A stretch of 64,000 nt of DNA, taken from Syntrophales bacterium. Its GTDB lineage: Bacteria; Desulfobacterota; Syntrophia; Syntrophales; PHBD01. Positions within the stretch are counted from its first letter, which is position 1; every line of letters starts with the position of its first letter. Under the pieces are notes generated by a model. It did no database searches. It was not told the DNA's origin and saw nothing but the letters and a program-made list of their open reading frames with translations. Below, piece after piece: positions 31,548-40,966 of the stretch. Position numbers and translations under genes: made by a program. The DNA is taken from positions 800,001 through 864,000 of the forward strand of contig OY764159.1 of NCBI GenBank assembly GCA_963668175.1, in the 5' to 3' direction.

Positions 31548-31693
31548 ACGAAACCTCTCCTTTCCTCATTATTATATTTCTCGTGCATCGTATTGACGTT
31601 TTTAGGGCTAATCCTTCGATATAATTTGCTTTAGAGTGCTAATCTTCTGCAAGTGCCGGGATAAGCGGGTTATCCCCCAATGAAGACGCGCAT

Positions 31694-31721
31694 AAATTAA
31701 ACACTTTTTTCCTTGTGTCAA
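31694..31721 (-). promoter_or_regulatory. Candidate groES promoter
   Basis: Minus strand TTGACA-16 nt-TAATTT; the -10 is weak. Confidence 0.4.
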
Positions 31722-31879
31722 GATCGTTAAGACATTTTTTTAGGGCGAAAACACGTCGATTTCCCCTTCCGCTCCGATTGGCGGATAAAGGGAAGGTGCG
31801 GCTGCCGTTGTTCCGGTATGTCCGGAAAAAAATAAGGACTACTGCGAATTCGGGGTGATGTCAAGGCCCGTCTTGAGGA

Positions 31880-33279
31880 TCAATCCTTTCCGGCGACATC
31901 CCATCCTGTGCCCAAGGCCTTGTAGAGGTTCACCAGCGCGCGGAAGAGAGCGGCCCTGGTCTGGGTATAGGCGAGCTGCACATTGAAAAGATTGCGCTCC
32001 GAGTCCAGGACCTCCAGATAGTTGCTGTAACCGTTCTCATAGCGCATAACGGCCAGGTTCTTATAGGTGAGGAGCGCCTCAACCTGTTTGGCCTGGGCCG
32101 ATTGTATCTCCCGCGTTTTGTTTTGCTCGGCCAGGGCGTCTTCAACCTCCCGGAAGGCCGTCTGGATCGTTTGCCGATATTGGAGGAGGGCCTGCTTTTC
32201 CATGGCCTCGGCGGCCGCGACTTGCCCGGCGATCCGTCCTGCGGTGAAGATCGGGGCCGTTACCGATCCCCCGAAATTCCATGTCCGGGACGGGGTGGCG
32301 AAAAGACCGGATAAGTCGGTGCTTGACGTTCCCAGCATGCCGGTGAGAGATATTGATGGGAAGTAGGCTGCCTTGGCTACGCTGATTCGGGCGTTGGCTG
32401 CGATAAGATCCTGTTCCGCCTGGCGGATATCGGGGCGCCGCGCAAGCAGTTCGGACGGCAGCCCCGCTGGTACGGCCGGCGGTACGAGCTCTTCCATGTT
32501 CTTTCCCCGCGCGACAGGTCCGGGATTACGCCCCAGCAAGAAGTTAATGGCGTTCTCATCCTGGGCAATGCTCTTCTCGATTTGGGGAATGGCGGCCCGC
32601 GCGGCCTCATATTCGGATTTGATCTGGCTGACTTCCAATTCGGAGACGACCCCCGCGGTGAAACGCAGACGGAACAACTCCAGGGACGCTTCCCTGGTCT
32701 TAAGGGTGTCTTTGGCTATTTCTAGCTGCCGGTCAAGGCTGCGCAGGTCGATATACGTATTGGCGACGGCTGCCATCAGCGAGAGCAGGACCGCGTTGCG
32801 GTTCTCCTCTTTGCTCATGAGATCGGCCCTCGCCGCTTCCGTGGCGCGCCGATACTTGCCCCACAAGTCGATTTCCCAGTTGGCGCTGAGCGATGCCTGA
32901 TACGTGCTGAATGTCGGCGAAATGCCTTCCGGCCACGGGGCATAATTGTCCTGCGTGATGCGCTGGCGGGCGGCTCCGGCCTCCCCCGAGGCCCTGGGGA
33001 AGAGATCGCCCCGGGTCGTGCGGTAGCGGCCGAGATATTCCTCGATCCTGGCCGCGGCAATGAGAATGTCCTTGTTTTCCTTGAGGGCGGTCTGGATCAG
33101 GCTGTTCAGGACGGGGTCCTGAAATTGTTCCACCATTTGACATTGAGGGCGGCTTTGGCTTCTTTTTCCTCGAAATGCCAGGATTTCGGGGTGTCCACAT
33201 CAGGACGCCGGTAATCCTTACCGATGGAACAGCCGCACAGGACGGCAACAGCGATCACAACGACCAGAAATCGGTCCAT
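31880..33279 (-). pseudogene. RND outer-membrane lipoprotein channel (OprM/NodT family), frameshifted near 33130 (real mutation or sequencing error)
   Basis: N-part MDRFLVVVIAVAVLCGCSIGKDYRRP…VKWW and C-part EQFQDPVLNSLI…RRPDIRQAE…LYKALGTGW lie in different frames; adding one G joins them as WWEQFQDP. Confidence 0.85.
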
Positions 33280-33280
33280 A

Positions 33281-36200
33281 CTATTCGGGCTCCTTTTCTC
33301 TGCCGACGGAAACGGCCCCGCCCGATCCATCTCCTGCCGCCTCCGTCCGCCGGTCCTTCTTGCCTTTGAAGCGGTCCGTCAGTCTTTCCAGGATCAGGTA
33401 GAAGAGGGGGATAAAGAAAATGGCGATCATGGTCGCTCCCAGCATGCCGCCGATAACGCCCGTACCGATGGAATGTCGGCTGTTCGCGGAGGCCCCTGTG
33501 GCGACGGCGAGGGGAACGCATCCCAGGATGAAGGCGAGGGACGTCATGACAATGGGACGGAGACGCATGCGTGCGCTTTCGACTGCGGCATTGTAGACCG
33601 AAAGCCCTTCGGACCGTTTCATGACGGCGAATTCAACGATGAGAATCGCGTTTTTAGACGCCAACGCGATGAGGGTAATCAGACCGATCTGGAAGTAGAC
33701 GTCGTTTTCGATGCCGCGGAGCCATATGGACAGGAGAGCACCGAACAAGGCGAAAGGGACGGCCATGATAATGCCGAAGGGAAGCGTCCATTTTTCGTAC
33801 TGGGCGGCAAGAATCAGAAAGACCATGACCAGCCCGAAGCCGAAAACCACCGACGACATGCTGCCGGATTTCTTCTCTTCGTACGATTCTCCGCTCCATT
33901 CAAAGGAAAAATCGGACGGAAGGACCTCGCGGGCCACCCTCTCCATAGCGGCGATGGCCTGCCCGGAACTGTAACCGGGCGCGGCGCTGCCGACGATCTT
34001 GGCGGCGGGGAAGTTGTTGAAACGGGTGACGAGGTCGGGTCCCGTCACATACTGCTTCGTCACCACGGCCTTCAACGGAATCATATTGCCGTCTTTGGAG
34101 CGGACATAGATCTGGTCGATATCGTCGGGGCGGGACCGGTACTTGGGCTCCGCTTGGAGGATGACCTGCCAGAGCCGGCTGAATTTGTTGAACTGGCTCA
34201 CATACATGGAGCCGAAAAGGATCTGGAGCGTGTTGTACACATCGTCCACGGGCACCCCCAGGGTTTCGGCCTTGTCCGGATCGACGTCGACGCGGAGCTG
34301 CTGGGAGGAGGCATTCAGGAGCGTTGTTACGCCGTGAAGCTCCGGCTGCTTCTGGGCCTTGGCGATGAAGTCGTGCGTGACGGCGGCCAGCTTGTTCATG
34401 TCTCCGGAGCCGCGGTTCTGGATCCAGAATTCGAAACCGGCCGTTGCTCCCAGACCGGGTATCGAGGGGGGATTGACGGGAAGGACGAAGCCCTCCTTGA
34501 TGCCCATCAGTTCGTGTGTCGTTTGGTCGATGACGGCCGGGGCCTGAAGCGATTTGTCCTTCCGCTCCTCGTAATCCTTGAATGAAATGAACAGAGTGCC
34601 GGCATTGGTCTTGAGCTGGGAATCCATCAGGCTGTAGCCGTCCACTTCGGCGACATCCTGAATGGCCGGGTGTTTGGCGAAAACCTTGCCGGCGGCGACA
34701 TTGACGTCCTGCGTGCGGTCGAGGCTGGCGGCGTCGGGAAGAAAGCTCACCCCGAGGAGATAGCCCTGGTCTTCCGAAGGCACGAAACTGGTCGGTATGC
34801 GATAGAAAAGCCCCGATACGGCCAGAAGCATGACAACAAAGATGGCGACGGCCACGGTGGCGCGCTTGATCGCCAGTTGCACGCCCCGGCCGTAGCCTTC
34901 CGTCAGCCGGCTGAAGCTCCGGTCGAACCAGAGGAAGAATTTATGCTTCTCGCCCTGGTGGGGCTTGAGAAAGATGGCGGCCAGGGCGGGAGAGAGCGTC
35001 AACGCAACCATACCGGACAGAACGACGGAGATGGCGATGGTGATGGCAAACTGTTTGTAGAGCTGGCCCGTGATTCCTCCCAGGAAAGCGACAGGGATGA
35101 AAACGGCGCAAAGGACGAGGACGATGGCGACGACCGGCCCCGTCACTTCCTCCATAGCCTTCTTGGCCGCTTCCCGGGGCGGCAGATGGTGTTCGACCAT
35201 GTTCCTCTCCACGTTTTCGATGACGACGATCGCATCGTCGACAACGATGCCGATGGCGAGCACCATGCCGAAAAGCGTCAGCATGTTGATCGAGAAGCCG
35301 AAGAGGGTCATGCCGATAAAGGTGCCGATAATGGAGACGGGGACGGCCATGATGGGGATGATCGTGGCCCGGATATTCTGCAGAAAGAGAAAGACCACGA
35401 GGATCACGAGTAAACAGGCTTCGAAGAAGGTGACGACCACTTCCTTGATCGAGGCGCGGACGAACTTGGTCGTATCCATGGCGATCCGGTAGTCGATACC
35501 GTCGGGAAAGCCCTTCTTCATTTCCTTGAGCGTTTTTTCGATCTGCTTGGAGACATTGAGGGCGTTGGCCCCCGGCTGCTGATAGACGGCTATGAGCGTC
35601 GCCGGCTTTCCGTTCAGGCGCGTCCGGATGGAATAGTCGCGGGCGGCCAGTTCCGCTCTCCCGACATCCTTAAGGCGAACAATGGCCATACCGTCCCTGC
35701 TGGTCCGGAGGATGATATTTTCGAACTCTTTGGGCTCCAGCAGGCGGCCCTTGGTCGTTACCGAAAACGTCTGCTCCACCCGCCCTTCCGTCGGGGCCTG
35801 TCCTATTTTTCCCACGGCGAACTGCTGGTTCTGCCTTTTAATGGCATTGGCGACATCGGCCGCGTTGATGCCGAGCTGCGCCATCCGATCCGGTTTCAGC
35901 CATATCCGCATGGCGTAGTCCGGCATGCTCAGGATGGATGCCTGGCTGGAGCCGGGGAGACGCTTAATCGCGTCCAGGATGTACAGGCTGGTGTAATTGG
36001 CCACGTAGGTATCGTCGTAGCGGTCGTTTGGCGAAAATACGCCGATGATCATCAGGAAGGACGACGATTTTTTGCTCACCTGCACGCCCTGCTCGGTGAC
36101 CGATTGGGGCAGCTGCGGCAGCGCCTGGTTGACGCGGTTCTGGACGTCGACCTGGGCAAGGTCGGGGTTCGTTCCGATGTTAAAGTAGACGCTCAGGCTC

Positions 36201-36466
36201 ATATTGCCGGTGCTGGCGCTCGTCGACGACATGTAAATCATATTGTCGGCCCCGTTCACCTGCAATTCGATAGGCGCGGCAATGTTCTGGGACACGACGT
36301 CGGCGCTGGCTCCCGGATAGTTTGTTGAGACAATGACCTCCGGGGGGGTAATGTCGGGATATTGGGCAATCGGAAGGTTCAGCATGGCCACGATTCCCCC
36401 GATGACGATAACGATGGAGATCACCGAAGCGAATATGGGGCGGTCGATGAAGAAATGGGATATCAT
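33281..36466 (-). CDS. HAE1-family RND efflux permease (AcrB/MexB-like)
   Basis: FFIDRPIFA, IGIVVDDAIVVIENVER, KNAILIVEFA, RLRPIVMTS. Confidence 0.95.
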   Translation of the reverse strand: MISHFFIDRPIFASVISIVIVIGGIVAMLNLPIAQYPDITPPEVIVSTNYPGASADVVSQNIAAPIELQVNGADNMIYMSSTSASTGNMSLSVYFNIGTNPDLAQVDVQNRVNQALPQLPQSVTEQGVQVSKKSSSFLMIIGVFSPNDRYDDTYVANYTSLYILDAIKRLPGSSQASILSMPDYAMRIWLKPDRMAQLGINAADVANAIKRQNQQFAVGKIGQAPTEGRVEQTFSVTTKGRLLEPKEFENIILRTSRDGMAIVRLKDVGRAELAARDYSIRTRLNGKPATLIAVYQQPGANALNVSKQIEKTLKEMKKGFPDGIDYRIAMDTTKFVRASIKEVVVTFFEACLLVILVVFLFLQNIRATIIPIMAVPVSIIGTFIGMTLFGFSINMLTLFGMVLAIGIVVDDAIVVIENVERNMVEHHLPPREAAKKAMEEVTGPVVAIVLVLCAVFIPVAFLGGITGQLYKQFAITIAISVVLSGMVALTLSPALAAIFLKPHQGEKHKFFLWFDRSFSRLTEGYGRGVQLAIKRATVAVAIFVVMLLAVSGLFYRIPTSFVPSEDQGYLLGVSFLPDAASLDRTQDVNVAAGKVFAKHPAIQDVAEVDGYSLMDSQLKTNAGTLFISFKDYEERKDKSLQAPAVIDQTTHELMGIKEGFVLPVNPPSIPGLGATAGFEFWIQNRGSGDMNKLAAVTHDFIAKAQKQPELHGVTTLLNASSQQLRVDVDPDKAETLGVPVDDVYNTLQILFGSMYVSQFNKFSRLWQVILQAEPKYRSRPDDIDQIYVRSKDGNMIPLKAVVTKQYVTGPDLVTRFNNFPAAKIVGSAAPGYSSGQAIAAMERVAREVLPSDFSFEWSGESYEEKKSGSMSSVVFGFGLVMVFLILAAQYEKWTLPFGIIMAVPFALFGALLSIWLRGIENDVYFQIGLITLIALASKNAILIVEFAVMKRSEGLSVYNAAVESARMRLRPIVMTSLAFILGCVPLAVATGASANSRHSIGTGVIGGMLGATMIAIFFIPLFYLILERLTDRFKGKKDRRTEAAGDGSGGAVSVGREKEPE

Positions 36467-36479
36467 CTGCGGGCTCCGG

Positions 36480-37736
36480 TCAGTTCTTCGGGGCTGTCGT
36501 TGCGGCTGCCTTGGCAGGTGAAGGCGGACTCGTCCCCGCCGCTTTGGCGGCCGGAGTCCGTTCGACGGCCTTGACGGGCAAACCGGGGGAGAGTTTGATC
36601 AGGTTGTCAAGGATCACGCGGTCGCCGGAAGCCAAGCCCTTGGCAATGAAGATATCTTCTCCGCGCCAGTCGCTGACCGAGACGTCGCGAAGTTCGACCA
36701 GGTTTTCCTTGCTGGCTATCCAGACAAAATGCCCTTTGGCCCCCTGCATGACGGCGCTTCTGGGAACGAGGATCGCATTGGGGCGGACGGCGCCCAGGAG
36801 GTTGACCTTCAGAAACTGGCCGGGCCGCAGGACGTCTGTGGACTTCGTCGGATTGGCGATTTCGGCCCGTACCTGGTAGGTGCCTGTTTCGGAGCTGAAT
36901 GACGGGTCGGCGAAATTAAGCTTCCCTTTGTTGGGGAAGACGGTGCCGTCGGCGAGGATCACTTCCACGGCGAATTCCTTATAAGGGGGCCATTTGACGG
37001 TGCCCTTGAGAATTTCGTCCCGGAGTTTCAGGTTCTCGTTTTCGGACACGCTGAAAGTGACCCAGATCGGATCGAGTTTGGCGACATAAGTCAAAAGGCT
37101 GTCGGTGCCCGCCGAAATGTAGCTGCCCTCCTGCTTCTTGGCTCGTCCGGCGAAACCGTTGATGGGCGACTTGATCGTCGTATAACCGAGCTTGAGTTCG
37201 GCATCGCGAATCTTTCCCTGGGCCGACAAAACGGCCGCCCGGCTCGCCTGTTCCTGACCCACGGCGTCATCGAGGTCTTTCTTGCTCACGGCATTCTTTT
37301 CCGCGAGAGGGCGTATTCTGTTTAGATTGGCCGCGGCCGTCGACAGTCTTGCCTCCTGTTCGGCCAATTCGCCGCGGGCCTGTTGAAGAGCGGCCTCGAA
37401 AGGCCGCCGGTCGATCTGGAACATGACCTGCCCGGCTTTGACGTAGCCGCCTTCTTCATAGGATTTCTTTTCCAGGAAACCTTCGACCCGTGACCTTATT
37501 TCTACCTGGTGTGAACTTTCCGTTGTGCCGATGAAAGGGATGGTGATGGGAACGTCTTGCGGATGGACGGTGATGACCGTGACGTCGACTGGGCCACGGG
37601 GTTGTACGGCGGCTGTTTTGTCCGATCCGCAGCCCGCAGCCGTTAAGAGAAGCAAGGCGGCAGACATGAGCTTGATCAAAACCCGCCAAGTTAACGTTTT
37701 ATTGGATGACGAAAGATAAAGCCCTGATCCCTCCAT
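36480..37736 (-). CDS. RND membrane fusion (periplasmic adaptor) lipoprotein
   Basis: AAGC lipobox, VEIRSRVEG, TTIKSPING, LRPGQF. Confidence 0.93.
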   Translation of the reverse strand: MEGSGLYLSSSNKTLTWRVLIKLMSAALLLLTAAGCGSDKTAAVQPRGPVDVTVITVHPQDVPITIPFIGTTESSHQVEIRSRVEGFLEKKSYEEGGYVKAGQVMFQIDRRPFEAALQQARGELAEQEARLSTAAANLNRIRPLAEKNAVSKKDLDDAVGQEQASRAAVLSAQGKIRDAELKLGYTTIKSPINGFAGRAKKQEGSYISAGTDSLLTYVAKLDPIWVTFSVSENENLKLRDEILKGTVKWPPYKEFAVEVILADGTVFPNKGKLNFADPSFSSETGTYQVRAEIANPTKSTDVLRPGQFLKVNLLGAVRPNAILVPRSAVMQGAKGHFVWIASKENLVELRDVSVSDWRGEDIFIAKGLASGDRVILDNLIKLSPGLPVKAVERTPAAKAAGTSPPSPAKAAATTAPKN

Positions 37737-37819
37737 ACGCTCCTTTCGAGGTGACCGGCAAACGTTATAAGATCGTAGTCTCTCCGGTCACAGAAATTCA
37801 CAAATTTTCATATAGTTAT

Positions 37820-37838
37820 ATTTATGATTATCATTTTG
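37820..37838 (-). promoter_or_regulatory. Fur-family-like operator immediately downstream of a TTGACA (37840-37845)
   Basis: CAAAATGATAATCATAAAT matches GATAATGATAATCATTATC at 14/19, with the central 12 nt exact. Confidence 0.45.
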
Positions 37839-38238
37839 CTGTCAAGCGATAAGTTGGCAGTCTCAATTTTGCGTTAATTATTCGGTGGTTGTGTTCACAA
37901 GTGGTTTCCTGCGGAGGGCAGTGGGCCGGGCTGTCCGTCGCAGGCGGAGGTGCTTCAGGATGATGCGCCTCAAGAAATATCCAATCTTGAAGTCGCATCA
38001 ATACGAGCTTTCCTGAAATCTATACATCAATAATTTAAAAATTCCTTGACAATCGCATTCCATACCGTTAATAGTGCGGCATACTTGGGGGTAGTTCTCT
38101 TTTTCAATGGTTCGGGTTCCGCGGAATCGAGGCCTGCCGCTGAGTATTAAACCATGGCGGGAAAGGAGGTGAAACAGGAGCAGTAAGCGGATAGGTTGTT
38201 TCAGCGTCAATCAACTCATTAATCCTAAGGAGGGAAAA

Positions 38239-38628
38239 ATGAAAAAATCGTTCGTAAGCGGCCTTCTGACTTTCGTTCTGGTTCTGGTTCTGGCTCCTCT
38301 GGCTTTTGCGGCGAAAGAAGCGGCTCCGGCAGCGGCAGCAGCGGCAGCGGGTGCAACAATCGATTATACGAAGGCTATAGTCGTAGGGCTCGCCATTCTG
38401 GCCGCCGGTTTTTCGATGGGTTTCGGAGCGATCGGTGCCGGGTTGGGTCTTGGTCAGGCGACCAGCGGTGCGAGTAATGCCGTCGGCAGGAATCCCGATG
38501 CGCAGGGTAAAATCATGATGACCATGATGGTCGGTATGGCAATGACGGAATCCGTCGCGATTTATGCCTTGGTCATCGCGCTGGTCATTCTCTATGCAAA
38601 TCCGCTTTTGAAGGTGGTTGGTCTGTAA
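38239..38628 (+). CDS. atpE: F0 ATP synthase subunit c with N-terminal extension
   Basis: GxGxGxG, RNP loop, ES…Y carboxylate helix, LYANP; AAGGAGG SD. Confidence 0.93.
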   Translation: MKKSFVSGLLTFVLVLVLAPLAFAAKEAAPAAAAAAAGATIDYTKAIVVGLAILAAGFSMGFGAIGAGLGLGQATSGASNAVGRNPDAQGKIMMTMMVGMAMTESVAIYALVIALVILYANPLLKVVGL

Positions 38629-38651
38629 GAAGCATTTCAGGCATTTTGTTC

Positions 38652-38699
38652 AAGGGAGGGAAGGCAAATAAAATGGACTTTCCCTCCCTTACTTTTTTT
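38652..38699 (+). terminator. Intrinsic terminator after atpE
   Basis: AAGGGAGGGAAG…CTTTCCCTCCCTT then T7. Confidence 0.8.
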
Positions 38700-39108
38700 A
38701 ATCGTCGGCAGCCACAACCTTCGACCTCTGCAGTTTCTTCTCCGTCTGGGCATGCTTGTCCGCAAGGATCTTCTCTTTGGCCCGCCTTGAACGCCGCCGT
38801 TTTTGCCTCCTGATTTTCTCGATGCGCATCTCCTCCGCTGCGATCAAACCGGTCCGCAGCTTCTCGATTCTGTCGAGCAGGATACGCCGTGCGAGAAATC
38901 TGTTCATGGCCTGGGAACGTTCCTGCTGACATTTGACGGTGAGCCCCGTGGGGATATGCAATAAAAATACGCAGGAAGAGGTCTTGTTGACTTTCTGGCC
39001 GCCGGGGCCCGAGGACCGGACAAAAGACTCCCTGAGATCGCTTTCCCTGATCCCAAGCTTCTCCATCCTGTCTTTCAGAGCCTTTTCTTTTTCGGGTGAG
39101 ATGCTCAT
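38698..39108 (-). CDS. Codon-independent release-factor-like peptidyl-tRNA hydrolase (ArfB/YaeJ-like)
   Basis: SSGPGGQKVNK, RSQAMNR, basic C-terminal tail. Confidence 0.85.
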   Translation of the reverse strand: MSISPEKEKALKDRMEKLGIRESDLRESFVRSSGPGGQKVNKTSSCVFLLHIPTGLTVKCQQERSQAMNRFLARRILLDRIEKLRTGLIAAEEMRIEKIRRQKRRRSRRAKEKILADKHAQTEKKLQRSKVVAADD

Positions 39109-39177
39109 GAGAGAGGCCCGGGTGAAAATACGGATACGGTGGTATCCGGCCGGAAAAGCTTCTCCGGAAAGAAATGC

Positions 39178-39606
39178 CTAAAGGGAGTAAATTTCGTCGC
39201 CGATGAGATTGATCCAGTTTCTCTGGAGAATCTCCCCCGCCTCCTCGATTTTATCGACACCGAGGATGACGATGGTCTCTTTTCCCAGGCGGTTGATCGT
39301 GGTGTACAGATAGTGGATATTGATCTCGGCAGCCGCCAGGGGTTTCAGAATGGCGTTCATTCCGCCCGGATGCAGGGGCACTTCGGCAGCCAGGACGGGT
39401 GTCACTTCAAGATTGAAATTGAAACTCTGCAGAGTGGCGGCCGCACGTTCCGGATCGTTGACGACAAGGCGAACCATGCTGTCTTCCGCTGTACTTGCCG
39501 TAAGCAGGGCCTTGGCGGTAATGTCCTCCTTGTCCAGGATGTCGGTAAGTCTTGATAAGGTTCCGGGAACGTTGCCCAGGAGCACGGATAATTGTTTTAC
39601 GGCCAT
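39178..39606 (-). CDS. Tandem ACT-domain protein
   Basis: VKQLSVLLGNVPGTL, PGGM…INIHYLY. Confidence 0.85.
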   Translation of the reverse strand: MAVKQLSVLLGNVPGTLSRLTDILDKEDITAKALLTASTAEDSMVRLVVNDPERAAATLQSFNFNLEVTPVLAAEVPLHPGGMNAILKPLAAAEINIHYLYTTINRLGKETIVILGVDKIEEAGEILQRNWINLIGDEIYSL

Positions 39607-40164
39607 CTATTTGGGTTCCTCCGCGGATTCATTGAAGTATTCGTAACCGGCGGTAAACGCTTTCCGGTTGATCTCGGCAAGGCTCTTCTTTTTGCCGCCC
39701 ATGGAGACTTCAAGACTTTTTAAAAAGCCTTCCGCCGTGAGCAGGCCGGTCTTTTTCAGGAAGGCCCCCATCATGACGATGTTGGCCGCCCGCGAATTGC
39801 CCTGGGCTTCGGCAATTTCGCCGCAGGGAATGGCATAGACTTCGATGTCGTCCCGGCTGGGGCGGGCGTCGATAATGGATGCATTGAGGAAAAGCTTTCC
39901 CCCGCGGGCCACTCTGTTCTGGAACGTATAAAGCGAAGGCGTATTCATTACAATGATGTTGTCGGGTTCCGAAGAGATGGGCGAGGCGATCTCCTCGTCG
40001 GCTATGGCGACCGTGCAGTTGGCCGTCCCCCCCCTCATTTCGGCACCGTAAGCAGGCAGATACGTGACTTGAAGTCCGGCGTTCATGGCGCCGCGGGCGA
40101 GGCTGTATCCCATCATCAATACGCCCTGGCCGCCGAACCCGGAGAAAATGCTCTTCACCATCAT
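39607..40164 (-). CDS. 2-oxoacid:ferredoxin oxidoreductase gamma subunit
   Basis: FSGFGGQGVL, YGAEMRGG, NIVMMGA. Confidence 0.92.
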   Translation of the reverse strand: MMVKSIFSGFGGQGVLMMGYSLARGAMNAGLQVTYLPAYGAEMRGGTANCTVAIADEEIASPISSEPDNIIVMNTPSLYTFQNRVARGGKLFLNASIIDARPSRDDIEVYAIPCGEIAEAQGNSRAANIVMMGAFLKKTGLLTAEGFLKSLEVSMGGKKKSLAEINRKAFTAGYEYFNESAEEPK

Positions 40165-40169
40165 GATCG

Positions 40170-40931
40170 TTATTTCGCCTCCTTTCGCTCAGAGGTCTCC
40201 ACGTCTTTGATAACGCCGGGCGGAAATGTCAGCGACATCGTCTCCTCGATCCATTTGCAGGAATCGATCGGCGTCATCTTCCAGTTCGTCGGGCAGGGGG
40301 ACAGGAGTTCCACCATGGTAAACCCCCGGCCTTCAAGTTGATACTGGAAAGCCTTCCGAATGGCCCTTTTGGATTTGGCGACGCTTGCCGGGGAGGTGAT
40401 CGTACAGCGCTCAATATACGCCGCTCCCGGCAAATAGGCCAAGATCTCGCTGATCCTGATCGGATAACCGTCGAGGTTGTTGACCCTGCCGACCGGAGAC
40501 GTGGTCGTCTTCTGGCCGAGGATTGTCGTCGGCGCCATCTGTCCGCCCGTCATGCCGTAAACGGCGTTGTTGATGAAGATGATCGTGATGTTCTCTCCGC
40601 GGTTGGCCGCATGGAAGCTTTCGGAGGTGCCGATGGCCGCGAGGTCGCCGTCGCCCTGGTAGGAGAAGACGACGCGATCGGGCAGCATTCGCTTGATTCC
40701 CGTGGCCAGGGCCGGTCCCCGGCCGTGAGGGGCTTCAATCATGTCCACGTCGAAATAGTTGTATGCAAGAACGGCGCATCCTGCCGGGGGCACGCCGATG
40801 GTCGTACCCCGGATCTTCATTTCGTCGATCACTTCCGCGACCAGGCGATGAATGATGCTGTGTCCGCAACCGGGACAATAATGAAAAGGCGTGCTTTTCA
40901 GACTATCGGGTTTTTGGAAGATTTTTTTCAT
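40170..40931 (-). CDS. 2-oxoacid:ferredoxin oxidoreductase TPP-binding beta subunit
   Basis: HYCPGCGH, QGDGDLAAIG, NNAVYGMTGGQ, SPCPTNW. Confidence 0.92.
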   Translation of the reverse strand: MKKIFQKPDSLKSTPFHYCPGCGHSIIHRLVAEVIDEMKIRGTTIGVPPAGCAVLAYNYFDVDMIEAPHGRGPALATGIKRMLPDRVVFSYQGDGDLAAIGTSESFHAANRGENITIIFINNAVYGMTGGQMAPTTILGQKTTTSPVGRVNNLDGYPIRISEILAYLPGAAYIERCTITSPASVAKSKRAIRKAFQYQLEGRGFTMVELLSPCPTNWKMTPIDSCKWIEETMSLTFPPGVIKDVETSERKEAK

Positions 40932-40966
40932 GCGTAAAAGCAATCCTCGTTTCTTGTCATGGGATA

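Noticed and set aside
38328..38350. GCA/GCG repeats in atpE
   Set aside because: Encode an Ala linker with mixed codons; not a contingency repeat.
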